Source of the DNA: Balanoglossus misakiensis
Lineage: Eukaryota; Animalia; Hemichordata
Assembly: GCA_040954595.2 (NCBI GenBank)
Contig: CM082580.2
Location: forward strand, 8,348,390-8,412,389
Length of the DNA: 64,000 bases
Reading direction: 5' to 3'
Part shown: in pieces, positions 13,501-26,296 of the stretch
Layout of the letters: every line of letters begins with the position of its first letter
Position numbering within the stretch: position 1 is the stretch's first letter
Translations under genes and position numbers: made by a program
The notes under the pieces: generated by a model
The model's database searches: none
What the model saw: only the letters and a program-made list of their open reading frames with translations
Told to the model about the DNA's origin: nothing

Positions 13501-15710
13501 GACCTATATTTTTGTTTTGCGAATGATTTATTGGGAAGTGTCCCACAGAAAATAGCAAATGACAACGTCGATCCTCACGAAGTCCTTCAATTTTTACCGT
13601 CGCCCCCCGGTTGAAGCTTCCGCTATCGTGTCGTGATCGGCTAAGACAACTTCAGGGACTTCATTTTCTACGAAAGTGTTTTCCTGCAGGGCTGCATTGC
13701 CAAGTGTCAACGACTCGCGCTCACGCGACCTTTTATAAGTCCCCTGTTTACGTGCATACGAAGATTGCCATGGAAACGTGAAAGAACATCACAACAACAG
13801 CAACGAGCGGTGATGCCGGCCGGATGGAAGCTCAACACTCCCGACTTGACAAGTCCCTCATGACTTGTTTTACATTTCTGGAGGATTTCGTCAAATTTCA
13901 CACGAGGTCATTTTAGCGTGGACTAAGTTTCATTCACGTCCTCGGCGATCTAAAAGTACTCTCACATCACTTGATTAAAGTATAGTGTAGCATATTACCA
14001 CCGGTGTAAGATTCTGCCCTTGTATTTTGGCCAAGCTTATGTCCATGGCATAAAAATCCTTTCCTTGGCGACCCAGATCTTAGATCTGACGCCACCTGAA
14101 CCTGCTATCCAATGATAAAGCTTCATATGGTCATGGATACTGGTACATGTAATTATAAAAGTGCAATGTTGCACTCAGTGGCACATTAATAAAAACTTGA
14201 GTTATGCATAGAATTGTTTTGCAGCAAAGACGAGTATTAAGGCTGCGCCTAAAAGGTTTCAGTGAACAATGCAATTTATGGGAAATACTGCGTCATGTTT
14301 GACAGCAGAGGAAAGGAGGACGTGAACTTTTTTAGGTGCAGTGAACTTCCCCTTATGCGCATGCTCACCCACAAGGCAACAACTGTGGTAATAGCAAAAT
14401 TCACACAGCACACGCGGTAAAACTTCACGTCGATCGCAGGGTATGGACGGTGTCATCGCGATCTGCTGGCCTTGATTTCAACCGCTTTTTACGTTTTATT
14501 TACGAAGCAATAGAAAAAAATCAAAGCAACTCATCATTCTTTGAGCGATTTTATGGCGTATGTTTTTGGGTCAATCGGATAGGTCAGGAGGGTATTACCG
14601 CTGTGCTCTGGTAATGTCACCTTTTGCAAAGTGTCACTTTACACATGGGGCGGGGAACTTCTCACATGCTTTGAAACCGGAGGTGAAACAATATCGCCAA
14701 TTGTTTTCGTTAAAAGGCTTTTCCTGTCCAAAACATGAAGCCAAATAAATACATTTCATACTGGATATGAATCTTTGTGCATGCCCTGCTGTGTCCTATA
14801 CTTTTTTTTATCGTGCGAGGATTCTGAATATTGAATATCAAACATATAAGTCTGCTTTCTGAAACAGCTTTTACTGTAACCAAACTACGAATAAAACGCT
14901 ACCGCGTACCGCAGATTTACGTACTCATTTTGAGCACTTTTAAACGGAACAGAAGGTATAAAAACACGGCATGCCTTCGGTACTGTTTCATGTGCTACTT
15001 CTTCAAACAATTAAACATCCAACAAAAACCGACGGCGACTTTCACAACTCGATGCACGTGGAGCATCGCGAATCGTTGCCAACGGCCAGAAAGCGCGCCA
15101 AGCTATCACACACGGTTTTACTGTAGACACAGCACGCTCAGAAGTTTACACATGTCGAAGCGAAACCTCTTGACACTGCCACGCTGGGCAGCAAGTTTCG
15201 GTGATTTTTGACAAACCAGACACTCGATTGTCTTGTTGCTCGCGGGCACCGCATTTGTACGACGTCCAGCGGTCGTTTGCAATAACTTGGCCGTGAGCCA
15301 CTGCGACTGAAGATGAAACCGCACAACGTTACATTACTCGCCCTCCACGGGGGTTTCGTTCAAGGATTTTATTTGTCGTCTTTTTTAACTAGCATATAAC
15401 AACGAAAGGCGCATCAAAGGTAACAGCGTTTTTTTCTGCAGTCTGAGATGAGAGAAAGTTCAAAATTTGAACATGCAACTCCATAGTAACGTCGGTTACT
15501 GGGGTATTTCATAATAACATTATTGTTAACGTACGTGCATGGAGAGAGTTTCCCAGATGGTGCGAGTCACGTATTGTAAGCGCGTATGCATTGGATGGTA
15601 ATTAGGCCTATCATGCCTATGACGTTCAGCAGTGCACGTCGCCAAAAATACATGGACAGTGACGAGTTATCATGAAACTTTTATCGGCTCGAACAACTTG
15701 AACAAATTTG

Positions 15711-16400
15711 TGTTACGTAGGAGAAGTTTTCTTTTCTGAGGGGGGAGGTGTTACGTAGGAGAAGTTTGCTGTTGTTTTGTGACCAGGTGTGTTTTCGCTT
15801 ACTTTCGTAATTTGAATATTTGCGTGACCAGGTGTTGTGCATACATTATTCTTCCCCATGTAAAAAGTCCGCACGTTGTGTTGCGGCGTAGCTGCTAATT
15901 TGGACTTGCCCGTGTGAGCTGTTCCGTTCCTCGCCGGCTTGTAAGCTGTACCGTATTTCATGCTGCCCTGGTCTGGAAACCGCGCCCAGAAGCCGTGCTA
16001 CCTCATGAGGAATTCGTCTGAAAGCCGTGCCGTCTACCGGGGAATTGTGCGAGAACGCTACTCGGACTGAACGTCGCTGTTGGAACTGCCATGGCGTTGG
16101 TCGTGGTCGTCGTGCGCTACGGAGCCTTGGACTTTAGTCTTTCATTTCCCACACCTGGTCACATTTAAGGTAGTCACTTATTTTGTGTGTTTTTTTCCCC
16201 AGTGTACAACCATTTTATATTTACCAATGTTTAGTTGTAGTAATTAAAAGTTTCCATAAGCAAGGAAATAACGTGTGGTGTGCCCATTGTTGACCGTCTT
16301 TGTTGCGTGCTGCGCTGGTTGGTTCACCAAAGCGAGCCATTCAGTAAGTCTGTTTGCTCACTGCCCTGTTTCGTAACTGAACGGCCAGCGTGTCGTAACA
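15711..16400 (+). mobile_element. LTR retrotransposon remnant: 19-bp 5'-LTR stub + polypurine tract + complete ~650 bp LTR
   Basis: Termini TGTTACG (15711) and CGTAACA (16400) are perfect 7-bp inverted repeats with TG...CA ends, flanked by a 4-bp TTTG duplication. 'tgttacgtaggagaagttt' recurs at 15749 directly after the purine run 'gaggggggagg'. Confidence 0.8.
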
Positions 16401-16798
16401 TTTGGTTTTGCGCATTTATTATGTAATTTGATTACATTTAGACGTACAGCCACAATCAGAGGTGCTCAAAGGATCCTAGTGGATCTTTACACGTTTAGAC
16501 CATAAAAAAGACGTACATGTACACTTATCACAAGGTATGTAAAACCCAAACTGCTTATAAGTATCCGCGTACCTTTTTACAAGTAAAAGTGGAGTCCGTA
16601 AACCTTATAAGGATTTTACTTCGGCAGCAAATCACAACCAATAAGGAGTCTGGTACCGTGTCCCATTCCCGTCGCTGGCTGCGCTACGCTAAAAGAAAAA
16701 AAGGCTGAGTCAGACCAAGGTCAGACTGCTGCATGCCAAAGGTCCCGACCGTTGGATCAAAGGAAATTTCGAAGAACTCCGTGTACACGTACTTGAAA

Positions 16799-19126
16799 AT
16801 GGCCAAGACTATCGCAGTGTTCGGTGCTACTGGACTTCAGGGGGGTGCTGTTGCAAGGGCTCTGTTGAAGGAATCTGGTTACGCTGTGCGTGCAGTTACC
16901 AGGAACCCCGACAGTGACAAGGCAAAGGTTTTAAAACAACTCGGTAAGTGAATAGAGCGATCAAGACGTGAACCGGAGTTATGGTTGACGTAAACCTAGC
17001 TTTCAATTATAGAGAGACAATTACAAGGTGACCTACATCGCATCTCTTGGCGTGGCACCCTCAGCCAGATTTGCACGACTTGTGTGTTCATTTCACGCTT
17101 GACCTATCACTTTGCGGAAAGCTCAATCGTGCTGAGTCACTGCAGATTTGCTCACGATCATTTACCATGGCACCTCCCCCCCCCCCCCCCCCCAGCCACG
17201 CCCGGAAGGATTTTACATGAAACACTATTAATGACAACTGACGGACTGAAAAGAATCGAATTAACGGCGAGATTTTTGACTGATGTTAGCAAAAAAACAT
17301 GCCACATCTTGGGAACTATAAACTCGCATAACATAACAGGAACCCCAAGTCCAGAAACACCCTACTTTCCACTCATATTAAATATGTATTTCTGTCCTTT
17401 AAATGAACTAAAAGGAGCCGAAGTTGTTAAAGCCGACACAAACGACAAACCCAGTGTTGTTGCTGCCATGAGTGGTTGCTATGGAGTTTACGGAGTCACT
17501 AACTTTTGGGAGCACGCGGATATGGACAGAGAAATCACCCAGGTGGGATAAATTTACACATGTATTTATCTCTCTTTCAGTAAAATGAAATGGATTGTTT
17601 AGCTGTAACTTTGTTCTGTGTACCAAATGCAATTTCTTGTTCTACTCCAAACAAAGGTGTGTGTTCATCAACAAATAGAATTCGATTCAGGATAAAAACA
17701 AATCACTCGTGTAGTTTACTCTTTGCCAGTCGATTTTTGCCCACGTGAGGGCGCTTTCCATGCCCCTTGAGTGCCTAACATCATAAACAGAAAGTACTAC
17801 AGTTATATGTATACATGAATATGAAAGTCATGTTCTTGTGCAATTGGCCCATGTCTAAGTTTACTCTGACTGCAAAGTCCAAACATTCTGCTGTCAGACA
17901 ATTATATATCTCTTCTTTGCCATCAACATACTTCATGGAGCTATAGATTAAAAGTAAAAAGTGCAGTTATTCACCAGGCAGTGGATATTTGCCTGATTGA
18001 GCAATCTTGCATTGCTTTTGGGGTTTTTCCAGGGGAAAACCTTGGTAGACGCAGCCAAAGCCGCGGGGATCAAACACTTTGTGTACAGCACGTTGGCCAA
18101 TGTGAAAGCTTTGATCGGGAAGCCGTGTCCGCATTTCGACGGTAAAGCTCTGGTCGAAGAATATATGGCTGAATCTTCAGGCGTGCCTTATACGTGCGTC
18201 CGATTTTCTGCATACATGGAGAACTTTCTCGGTGATTTGAAACCTGTGGCTGTGAGTGACAACGTTCGTCTCTTGAGTAAGTACTAGTATACACTGTTGG
18301 TGAAGACAATTATCCACAATAGAATTTGGTGTTTTACCATGATTGAGTATATATATGCACAACTCTCAGTGATTTGAAACAAGTAATAATTTCATCAGTC
18401 TGCACAAGGTATAAACGTTGGTTTTGCAACAAAAATTGCACAGATAAAATAATACGTTAATGAACCCCCTTAAACCTTGATGTGTTGCAGATATTCCCAT
18501 GGGAGATACGCCCTGGGATTTGGTGTGCATGCCAGATGCTGCGGCAATCATCGCAGCCATATTCAACAAGCCCTCCCAGTATCTTGGCAAACGGGTGATA
18601 CTCGTCAGTGAAAGCATCACCCTAAAAAAATGCGCCGAGATCCTGTCCCGACACTTTTCGCCGCTGGTTTTCGAAGCAAGTGATGTAAGTGAAGCTGGGA
18701 ATTCTCCACTTGCACACACAAAAATCTGGAACATCAACAGTAATTTGTTACAGTGTCAATGTGTGGGCTGGGTTCATCCCTTGTCGCACTCCGGTGCAAT
18801 ATCTCATCTCATTCCGACAATGCTTCTGGTTAATGCATGTGCATAACTGTACATACTATGGAAATTCAAAATGGCCGCCAATCTCTGTACTAATGCATCA
18901 TAAGTTAACACTCTTGATGTTAATCTTCCAGATAACACCGGATAAGTTTGCCAAGTTGGGTTTTCCTGGAGCTGAAGATTTGGCTGCTATGTTTGAATTT
19001 TACCAAGCTGAGGATCCCGCAACGAGGGACTACATCGACTCAAGAGGGCCAGATCTTCCCAAGTCGACCACTTTTGAGCAATGGGTCATAGCCAACAGAG
19101 AGGCACTCAAATCGGCGTTCGCTTGA
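16799..19126 (+). CDS. NMRAL1: NmrA-like family domain-containing protein (NMRAL1/HSCARG-like NAD(P)-binding redox sensor), copy 1, 301 aa
   Basis: Exons 16799-16943, 17415-17542, 18033-18276, 18491-18684, 18932-19126 join in frame (906 nt) with GT-AG introns. Rossmann motif VFGATGLQGG, plus VTNFWE, HFDGK and GFPGAEDLAAMF motifs typical of the family. Confidence 0.92.
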
Positions 19127-22100
19127 AAACACGCCAACATCCTTAAAATTAAGGGAGGGCATAGGGTATAGAGTGGATATTGTCTTGTGTCATTAGTGTG
19201 ACCAAGTGCAATTTTTATCTGGTCAAGCGATCAGATGCTTTGGAAAGCACTAAAATTTGATACCATTCGCGCAATCCTGGTCATTGTAGCCTGAATCACT
19301 TTCACAATTAATTGTACTGTAACGGCAGAATATTATAGTTGTTTACTGCCAGATATATAAAAGGAGGAAAACGAATCTCACTAGCAGGGAAGTTTTTGAG
19401 GGTGTGAAATGTCTATAGTGTTATGCAGGAATGTGCTGTTGTAGTGTGTCTGAACAGCTGATTGTTGAGGGCGCTGTAACAAGTGAAAGAGTCCAGACAT
19501 CAGTTACACTGGTTCTTTTTGCAAGTTTTTTTTATTGAACTTCTCTCCAGAAGTTACGGGTCAGTACATAAAGTCTCTAAAATGGTATATAATTTCACAA
19601 TATTTCAAATCCCACAGACAGTGGAGAATAAATACTAACAATCCACCTACTCAAGCGCATCAAAAACGATGCGCTATTAATACCATCGGGCAATAAGTTA
19701 AGATTTTTCTCAAGAGTCTAATCATTTCAGTATTGTGATGAAATTTTTACGGTACCCCTTACTGGAAACAAGGGTGGTGTTTTCTAAGTATGCCCATTAA
19801 ATTGAAAAATAATTTGTTAAACACAGGTTGGGGTAATTCATGCAAATAAACCAGGTTAGATCTGTGAGAGCTCGCCCAAAATTACAGCTACTGACAACTT
19901 CAAAATAGAAAAGCATTGAAGAGAGGTGTTTCAAGAAAAGCAATCTTTGGTGTCCAACAGAAAAAAATTCAATGTCTTTTGACACTTCTTCATTCAATTC
20001 ATACACTCAAAACAGTCTACAGCTTTCATTTCATTTCATGATCACCTTTAAAAATCTTTCTGTTGCAATTCAGACTATACAGTATGATTTACAACATGCA
20101 AATATGATATAGCCCTTCTGTTTAAAGTGCAATATATGTCACATACAGCGACAAAAAAATCAAACTACATTTGCTTTAAAAAGGCAATATGTACAATTAT
20201 ACAAGACACAGAAACGATCGCTCGGGTATTAAATGTCAGTATAGAATATCTTCGGCAATTGCCTCCCAATTCTCGTTTGATGGGTTCTATTCGAAATGAC
20301 CACCATGTGTTCCCCCACCCCCGCATATTTTAATCCTTTCATGCATCGTTGTCTTGGCTATAGAAGACAACATATTAGCAAAAGCAATGTCACCATCTGC
20401 GCTCGGGCAGAATCGGTTTTTCGCGTATCCAAAGCAGCTATACTTTTGAGTTTAATCCTCTGTGTTAAACATTGGTGCTGCCAGATAAGAGCCACATGGG
20501 CTATTTGCGTATAAATTTAGTAAACTCTTGAAACCGATTTCATCAAAATAATGGAAAATGGCTCTGCGTGGACTGAGTCGTAATGGTTTCTCTCACATCA
20601 TTCTGCGCGTCGGTAGACAGCAAGGTGCGATTCGCCTGCAGACCTATATTTTTGTTTTGCGAATGATTTATTGGGAAGTGTCCCACAGAAAATAGCAAAT
20701 GACAACGTCGATCCTCACGAAGTCCTTCAATTTTTACCGTCGCCCCCCGGTTGAAGCTTCCGCTATCGTGTCGTGATCGGCTAAGACAACTTCAGGGACT
20801 TCATTTTCTACGAAAGTGTTTTCCTGCAGGGCTGCATTGCCAAGTGTCAACGACTCGCGCTCACGCGACCTTTTATAAGTCCCCTGTTTACGTGCATACG
20901 AAGATTGCCATGGAAACGTGAAAGAACATCACAACAACAGCAACGAGCGGTGATGCCGGCCGGATGGAAGCTCAACACTCCCGACTTGACAAGTCCCTCA
21001 TGACTTGTTTTACATTTCTGGAGGATTTCGTCAAATTTCACACGAGGTCATTTTAGCGTGGACTAAGTTTCATTCACGTCCTCGGCGATCTAAAAGTACT
21101 CTCACATCACTTGATTAAAGTATAGTGTAGCATATTACCACCGGTGTAAGATTCTGCCCTTGTATTTTGGCCAAGCTTATGTCCATGGCATAAAAATCCT
21201 TTCCTTGGCGACCCAGATCTTAGATCTGACGCCACCTGAACCTGCTATCCAATGATAAAGCTTCATATGGTCATGGATACTGGTACATGTAATTATAAAA
21301 GTGCAATGTTGCACTCAGTGGCACATGAAGAAAAACTTGAGATATGCATAGAATTGTTTTGCAGCAAAGACGAGTATTAAGGCTGCGCCTAAAAGGTTTC
21401 AGTGAACAATGCAATTTATGGGAAATACTGCGTCATGTTTGACAGCAGAGGAAAGGAGGACGTGAACTTTTTTAGGTGCAGTGAACTTCCCCTTATGCGC
21501 ATGCTCACCCACAAGGCAACAACTGTGGTAATAGCAAAATTCACACAGCACACGCGGTAAAACTTCACGTCGATCGCAGGGTATGGACGGTGTCATCGCG
21601 ATCTGCTGGCCTTGATTTCAACCGCTTTTTACGTTTTATTTACGAAGCAATAGAAAAAAATCAAAGCAACTCATCATTCTTTGAGCGATTTTATGGCGTA
21701 TGTTTTTGGGTCAATCGGATAGGTCAGGAGGGTATTACCGCTGTGCTCTGGTAATGTCACCTTTTGCAAAGTGTCACTTTACACATGGGGCGGGGAACTT
21801 CTCACATGCTTTGAAACCGGAGGTGAAACAATATCGCCAATTGTTTTCGTTAAAAGGCTTTTCCTGTCCAAAACATGAAGCCAAATAAATACATTTCATA
21901 CTGGATATGAATCTTTGTGCATGCCCTGCTGTGTCCTATACTTTTTTTTATCGTGCGAGGATTCTGAATATTGAATATCAAACATATAAGTCTGCTTTCT
22001 GAAACAGCTTTTACTGTAACCAAACTACGAATAAAACGCTACCGCGTACCGCAGATTTACGTACTCATTTTGAGCACTTTTAAACGGAACAGAAGGTATA

Positions 22101-22855
22101 AAAACACGGCATGCCTTCGGTACTGTTTCATGTGCTACTTCTTCAAACAATTAAACATCCAACAAAAACCGACGGCGACTTTCACAACTCGATGCACGTG
22201 GAGCATCGCGAATCGTTGCCAACGGCCAGAAAGCGCGCCAAGCTATCACACACGGTTTTACTGTAGACACAGCACGCTCAGAAGTTTACACATGTCGAAG
22301 CGAAACCTCTTGACACTGCCACGCTGGGCAGCAAGTTTCGGTGATTTTTGACAAACCAGACACTCGATTGTCTTGTTGCTCGCGGGCACCGCATTTGTTC
22401 GACGTCCAGCGGTCGTTTGCAATAACTTGGCCGTGAGCCACTGCGACTGAAGATGAAACCGCACAACATTACATTACTCGCCCTCCACGGGGGTTTCGTT
22501 CAAGGATTTTATTTGTCGTCTTTTTTAACTAGCATATAGCAAAGAAAGGCGCATCAAAGGTAACATAGTTTTTTTTCTGCAGTCTGAGATGAGAGAAAGT
22601 TCAAAATTCGAACATGCAACTCCATAGTAACGTCGGTTTCTCGGGTGTTTCATAATAGCATTATTGTTAACGTACGTGCATGGAGAGAGTTTCCCAGATG
22701 GTGCGAGTCACGTATTGTAGGCGCGTATGCATTGGATGGTAATTAGCCCTATCATGCCTATGACGTTCAGCAGCTAGTGTACGTCGCCAAAAATACATGG
22801 ACAGTGACGAGTTATCATGAAACTTTTATCGGCTCGAACAACTTGAACAAATTTG

Positions 22856-23577
22856 TGTTACGTAGGAGAAGTTTTCTTTTCTGAGGGGGGAGGTGTTACG
22901 TAGGACAAGTTTGCTGTTGTTTTGTGACCAGGTTCGTTTTCGCTTACTTTCGTAATTTGAATATTTTGCGTGACCAGGTGTTGTGCATTCATTATTTTTC
23001 CCCATGTAAAAAGTCCGCACGTTGTGTTGCGGCGTAGCTGCTAATTTGGAGCTGTTCCGTTCCTCGCCGGCTTGGAAGCTGTGCCGTATTTCCTGTTGCA
23101 CTGGTCTGGAAACCGCGCCCAGAAGCCGTGTTGTTTCATGCTGTCCTGGTCTGGAAACCGCGCCCCGAAGTCGTGCTACCTCATGAGGAATTCGTCTGAA
23201 AGCCGTGCCGTCTACCGGGGAATTGTGCCAGAACGCTACTCGGACTGAACGTCGCTGTTGGAACTGCCATGGCGTTGGACGCGGTCGTCGTGCGCTACGG
23301 AGCCTTGGTCTTTAGTCTTTCATTTCCCACACCTGGTCACATTTAAGGTAGTCACTTATTTTGTGTGTTTTTCCCCCAGTGTACAACCATTTTATATTTA
23401 CCAATGTTTAGTTGTAGTAATTAAAAGTTTCCATAAGCAAGGAAATAACGTGTGGTGTGCCCATTGTTGACCGTCTTTGTTGCGTGCTGCGCTGGTTGGT
23501 TCACCAAAGCGAGCCATTCAGTAAGTCTGTTTGCTCACTGCCCTGTTTCGTAACTGAACGGCCAGCGTGTCGTAACA
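22856..23577 (+). mobile_element. LTR retrotransposon remnant, duplicated copy
   Basis: Same TTTG-TGTTACG...CGTAACA-TTTG structure, second LTR start at 22894; carries an extra internal repeat unit 'ctggtctggaaaccgcgccc' (23101, ~23146). Confidence 0.8.
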
Positions 23578-23974
23578 TTTGGTTTTGCGCATTTATTATG
23601 TAATTTGATTACATTTAGACGTACAGCCACAATCGGAGGTGCTCAAAGGATCCTAGTGGATCTTTACACGTTTAGACCATAAAAAGACGTACATGTACAC
23701 TTATCACAAGGTATGTAAAACCCAAACTGCTTATAAGTATCCGCGTACCTTTTTACAAGTAAAAGTGGAGTCCGTAAACCTTATAAGGATTTTACTTCGG
23801 CAGCAAATCACAACCAATAAGGAGTCTGGTACCGTGTCCCATTCCCGTCGCTGGCTGCGCTACGCTAAAAGAAAAAAAGGCTGAGTCAGACCAAGGTCAG
23901 ACTGCTGCATGCCAAAGGTCCCGACCGTTGGATCAAAGGAAATTTCGAAGAACTCCGTGTACACGTACTTGAAA

Positions 23975-26296
23975 ATGGCCAAGACTATCGCAGTGTTCGG
24001 TGCTACTGGACTTCAGGGGGGTGCTGTTGCAAGGGCTCTGTTGAAGGAATCTGGTTACGCTGTGCGTGCAGTTACCAGGAACCCCGACAGTGACAAGGCA
24101 AAGGTTTTAAAACAACTCGGTAAGTGAATAGAGCGATCAAGACGTGAACCGGAGTAATGGTTGACGTAAACCTAGCTTTCAATTATAGAGAGACAATTAC
24201 AAGGTGACCTACAACGCTTCTCTTGGCGTGGCACCCTCACCCAGATTTGCACGACTTGTGTGTTCATTTCACGCTTGACCTATCACTTTGCGGAAAGCTC
24301 AATTGTGCTGAGTCACTGCAGATTTGCTCACGATCATTTACCGTGGCACCTCCCCCCCAGCCGCGCCCGGAAGGATTTTACATGAAACACTATTAATGAC
24401 AACTGACGGACAGAAAAGAATCGAATTAACGGCGAGATGTTTGACTGATGTTAGCCTGAATGTTAGCAAAAAAACATGCCACATCTTGGGAACTATAAAC
24501 TCGCATAAAATAACAGGAACCCCAAGTCCAGAAACACCCTACTTTCCACTCATATTAAATATGTATTTCTGTCCTTTAAATGAACTGAAAGGAGCCGAAG
24601 TTGTTAAAGCCGACACAAACGACAAACCCAGTGTTGTTGCTGCCATGGGTGGTTGCTATGGAGTTTACGGAGTCACTAACTTTTGGGAGCACGCGGATAT
24701 GGACAGAGAAATCACCCAGGTGGGAGAAATTTACACATGTATTTATCTCTCTCTCAGTAAAAATGAAATGGATTGTTTAGCTGTAACTTTGTTCTGTTTA
24801 CCAAATGCAATTTCTTGTTCTACTCCAAACAAAGGTGTGTGTTCATCAACAAGTAGCATTCGATTCAGGATAAAAACAAATCACTCGGGTAGTTTATACT
24901 CTTTGCATATAGCCAGTCGAGTTTTGCCCACGTGAGGGCGCTTTCCATGCCCCTTGAGTGCCTGACATATAGAAACGGAAAGTTGTACAGTTATATGTAT
25001 ACATGTATATGAAAGTCATGACCTTGTGCAATTGGCCCATGTCTAAGTTTACTCTGACTGCAAAGTCCAAACATTCTGCCGTCAGACAATTATATATCTC
25101 TTCTTTGCCATCAACATACTTCATGGAGATATAGATTACAAGTAAACAGCTCAGTTGTTCACCAGGCCGGCAGAGGATATTTGTTTCCGCCCTCGCCTGA
25201 TTGAGCAATCTTGCATTGCTTTTGGGGTTTTTCCAGGGGAAAACTTTGGTAGACGCAGCCAAAGCCGCTGGGATCAAACACTTTGTGTACAGCACGTTGG
25301 CCAATGTGAAAGCTTTGATCGGGAAGCCGTGTCCGCATTTCGACGGTAAAGCTCTGGTCGAAGAATATATGGCTGAATCTGCAGGCGTGCCTTATACGTG
25401 CGTCCGATTTTCTGCATACATGGAGAACTTTCTTGGTGATTTGAAACCTGTGGCTGTGAGTGACAACGTTCGTCTCTTGAGTAAGTATACACTGTTGGTG
25501 AAGACAATTATCCACAATAGAATTTGGTGTTTTACCATGATTGAGAATATATATGCACAACCCTCGGTGATTTGAAACAAGTAATAATTTCATCAGTCTG
25601 TACAAGGTATAAACGTTGGTTTTGCAACAAAAATTGCACAGATCAAATAATACGTTAATGAACCCCTTTAAACCTTGATGTGTTGCAGATATTCCCATGG
25701 GAGATACGCCCTGGGAGTTGGTGTGCATGCCAGACGCTGCAGCAAGCATCGCAGCCATATTCAACAAGCCCTCCGAGTATGTTGGCAAACGGGTGATACT
25801 CATCAGCGAACGCATCACCCTCAAAAAGTGCGCCGAGATCCTGTCCCAGCACTTTTCGCCGCTGGTTTTTGAAGCAAGTGATGTAAGTCTTAACCCTTTT
25901 TCTCATATTTTGCTCACAACAACTTCAGATTAGTCTCTCTTCAAAGTTACAATTAAGATTGGGGGTCACCATATCAAAATGTTGAATGACGGAGTAAAAT
26001 TGTCGCAAATGTGAAATTCAAAATGGCCGCCAATCTCCATGGAGAAAAATTTGAGCGTGTACTACTAATGCATCACAACACTCTTGATGTTAATCTTCCA
26101 GATAACACCAGATAAGTTTGCCAAGTTGGGGTTTCCTGGAGCTGAAGATTTAGCTGCTATGTTTGAATTTTACCAAGCTGAGGATCCCGCAACGAGGGAC
26201 TACATCGACTCAAGAGGGCCAGATTTTCCCAAGTCGACCACTTTTGAGCAATGGGTCATAGCCAACAGAGAGGCACTCAAATCGGCGTTTGCTTGA
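23975..26296 (+). CDS. NMRAL1: NmrA-like family domain-containing protein, copy 2, 301 aa
   Basis: Exons 23975-24119, 24592-24719, 25237-25480, 25689-25882, 26102-26296; intact frame; about 10 amino-acid differences from copy 1. Confidence 0.92.

Larger units (their letters stand above)
13042..20181 (+). repeat. Tandem segmental duplication, copy 1 (~7.14 kb)
   Basis: Sequence starting 'aggcaatatgtacaattatacaagacacag' at 13042 recurs at 20182 (offset 7140); the ORF track repeats identically at this offset (e.g. 13156/20296, 14831/21971). Confidence 0.95.

Noticed and set aside
17390-17414. Weak AAG acceptor of NmrA intron 1 as a sign of pseudogenisation
   Set aside because: Gives the correct phase and the expected LGAEVV sequence in both copies; frames are intact.
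25159-25824. 221-aa minus-strand ORF, and similar antisense ORFs over ABCF2 and HROB
   Set aside because: Shadow ORFs antisense to real exons.
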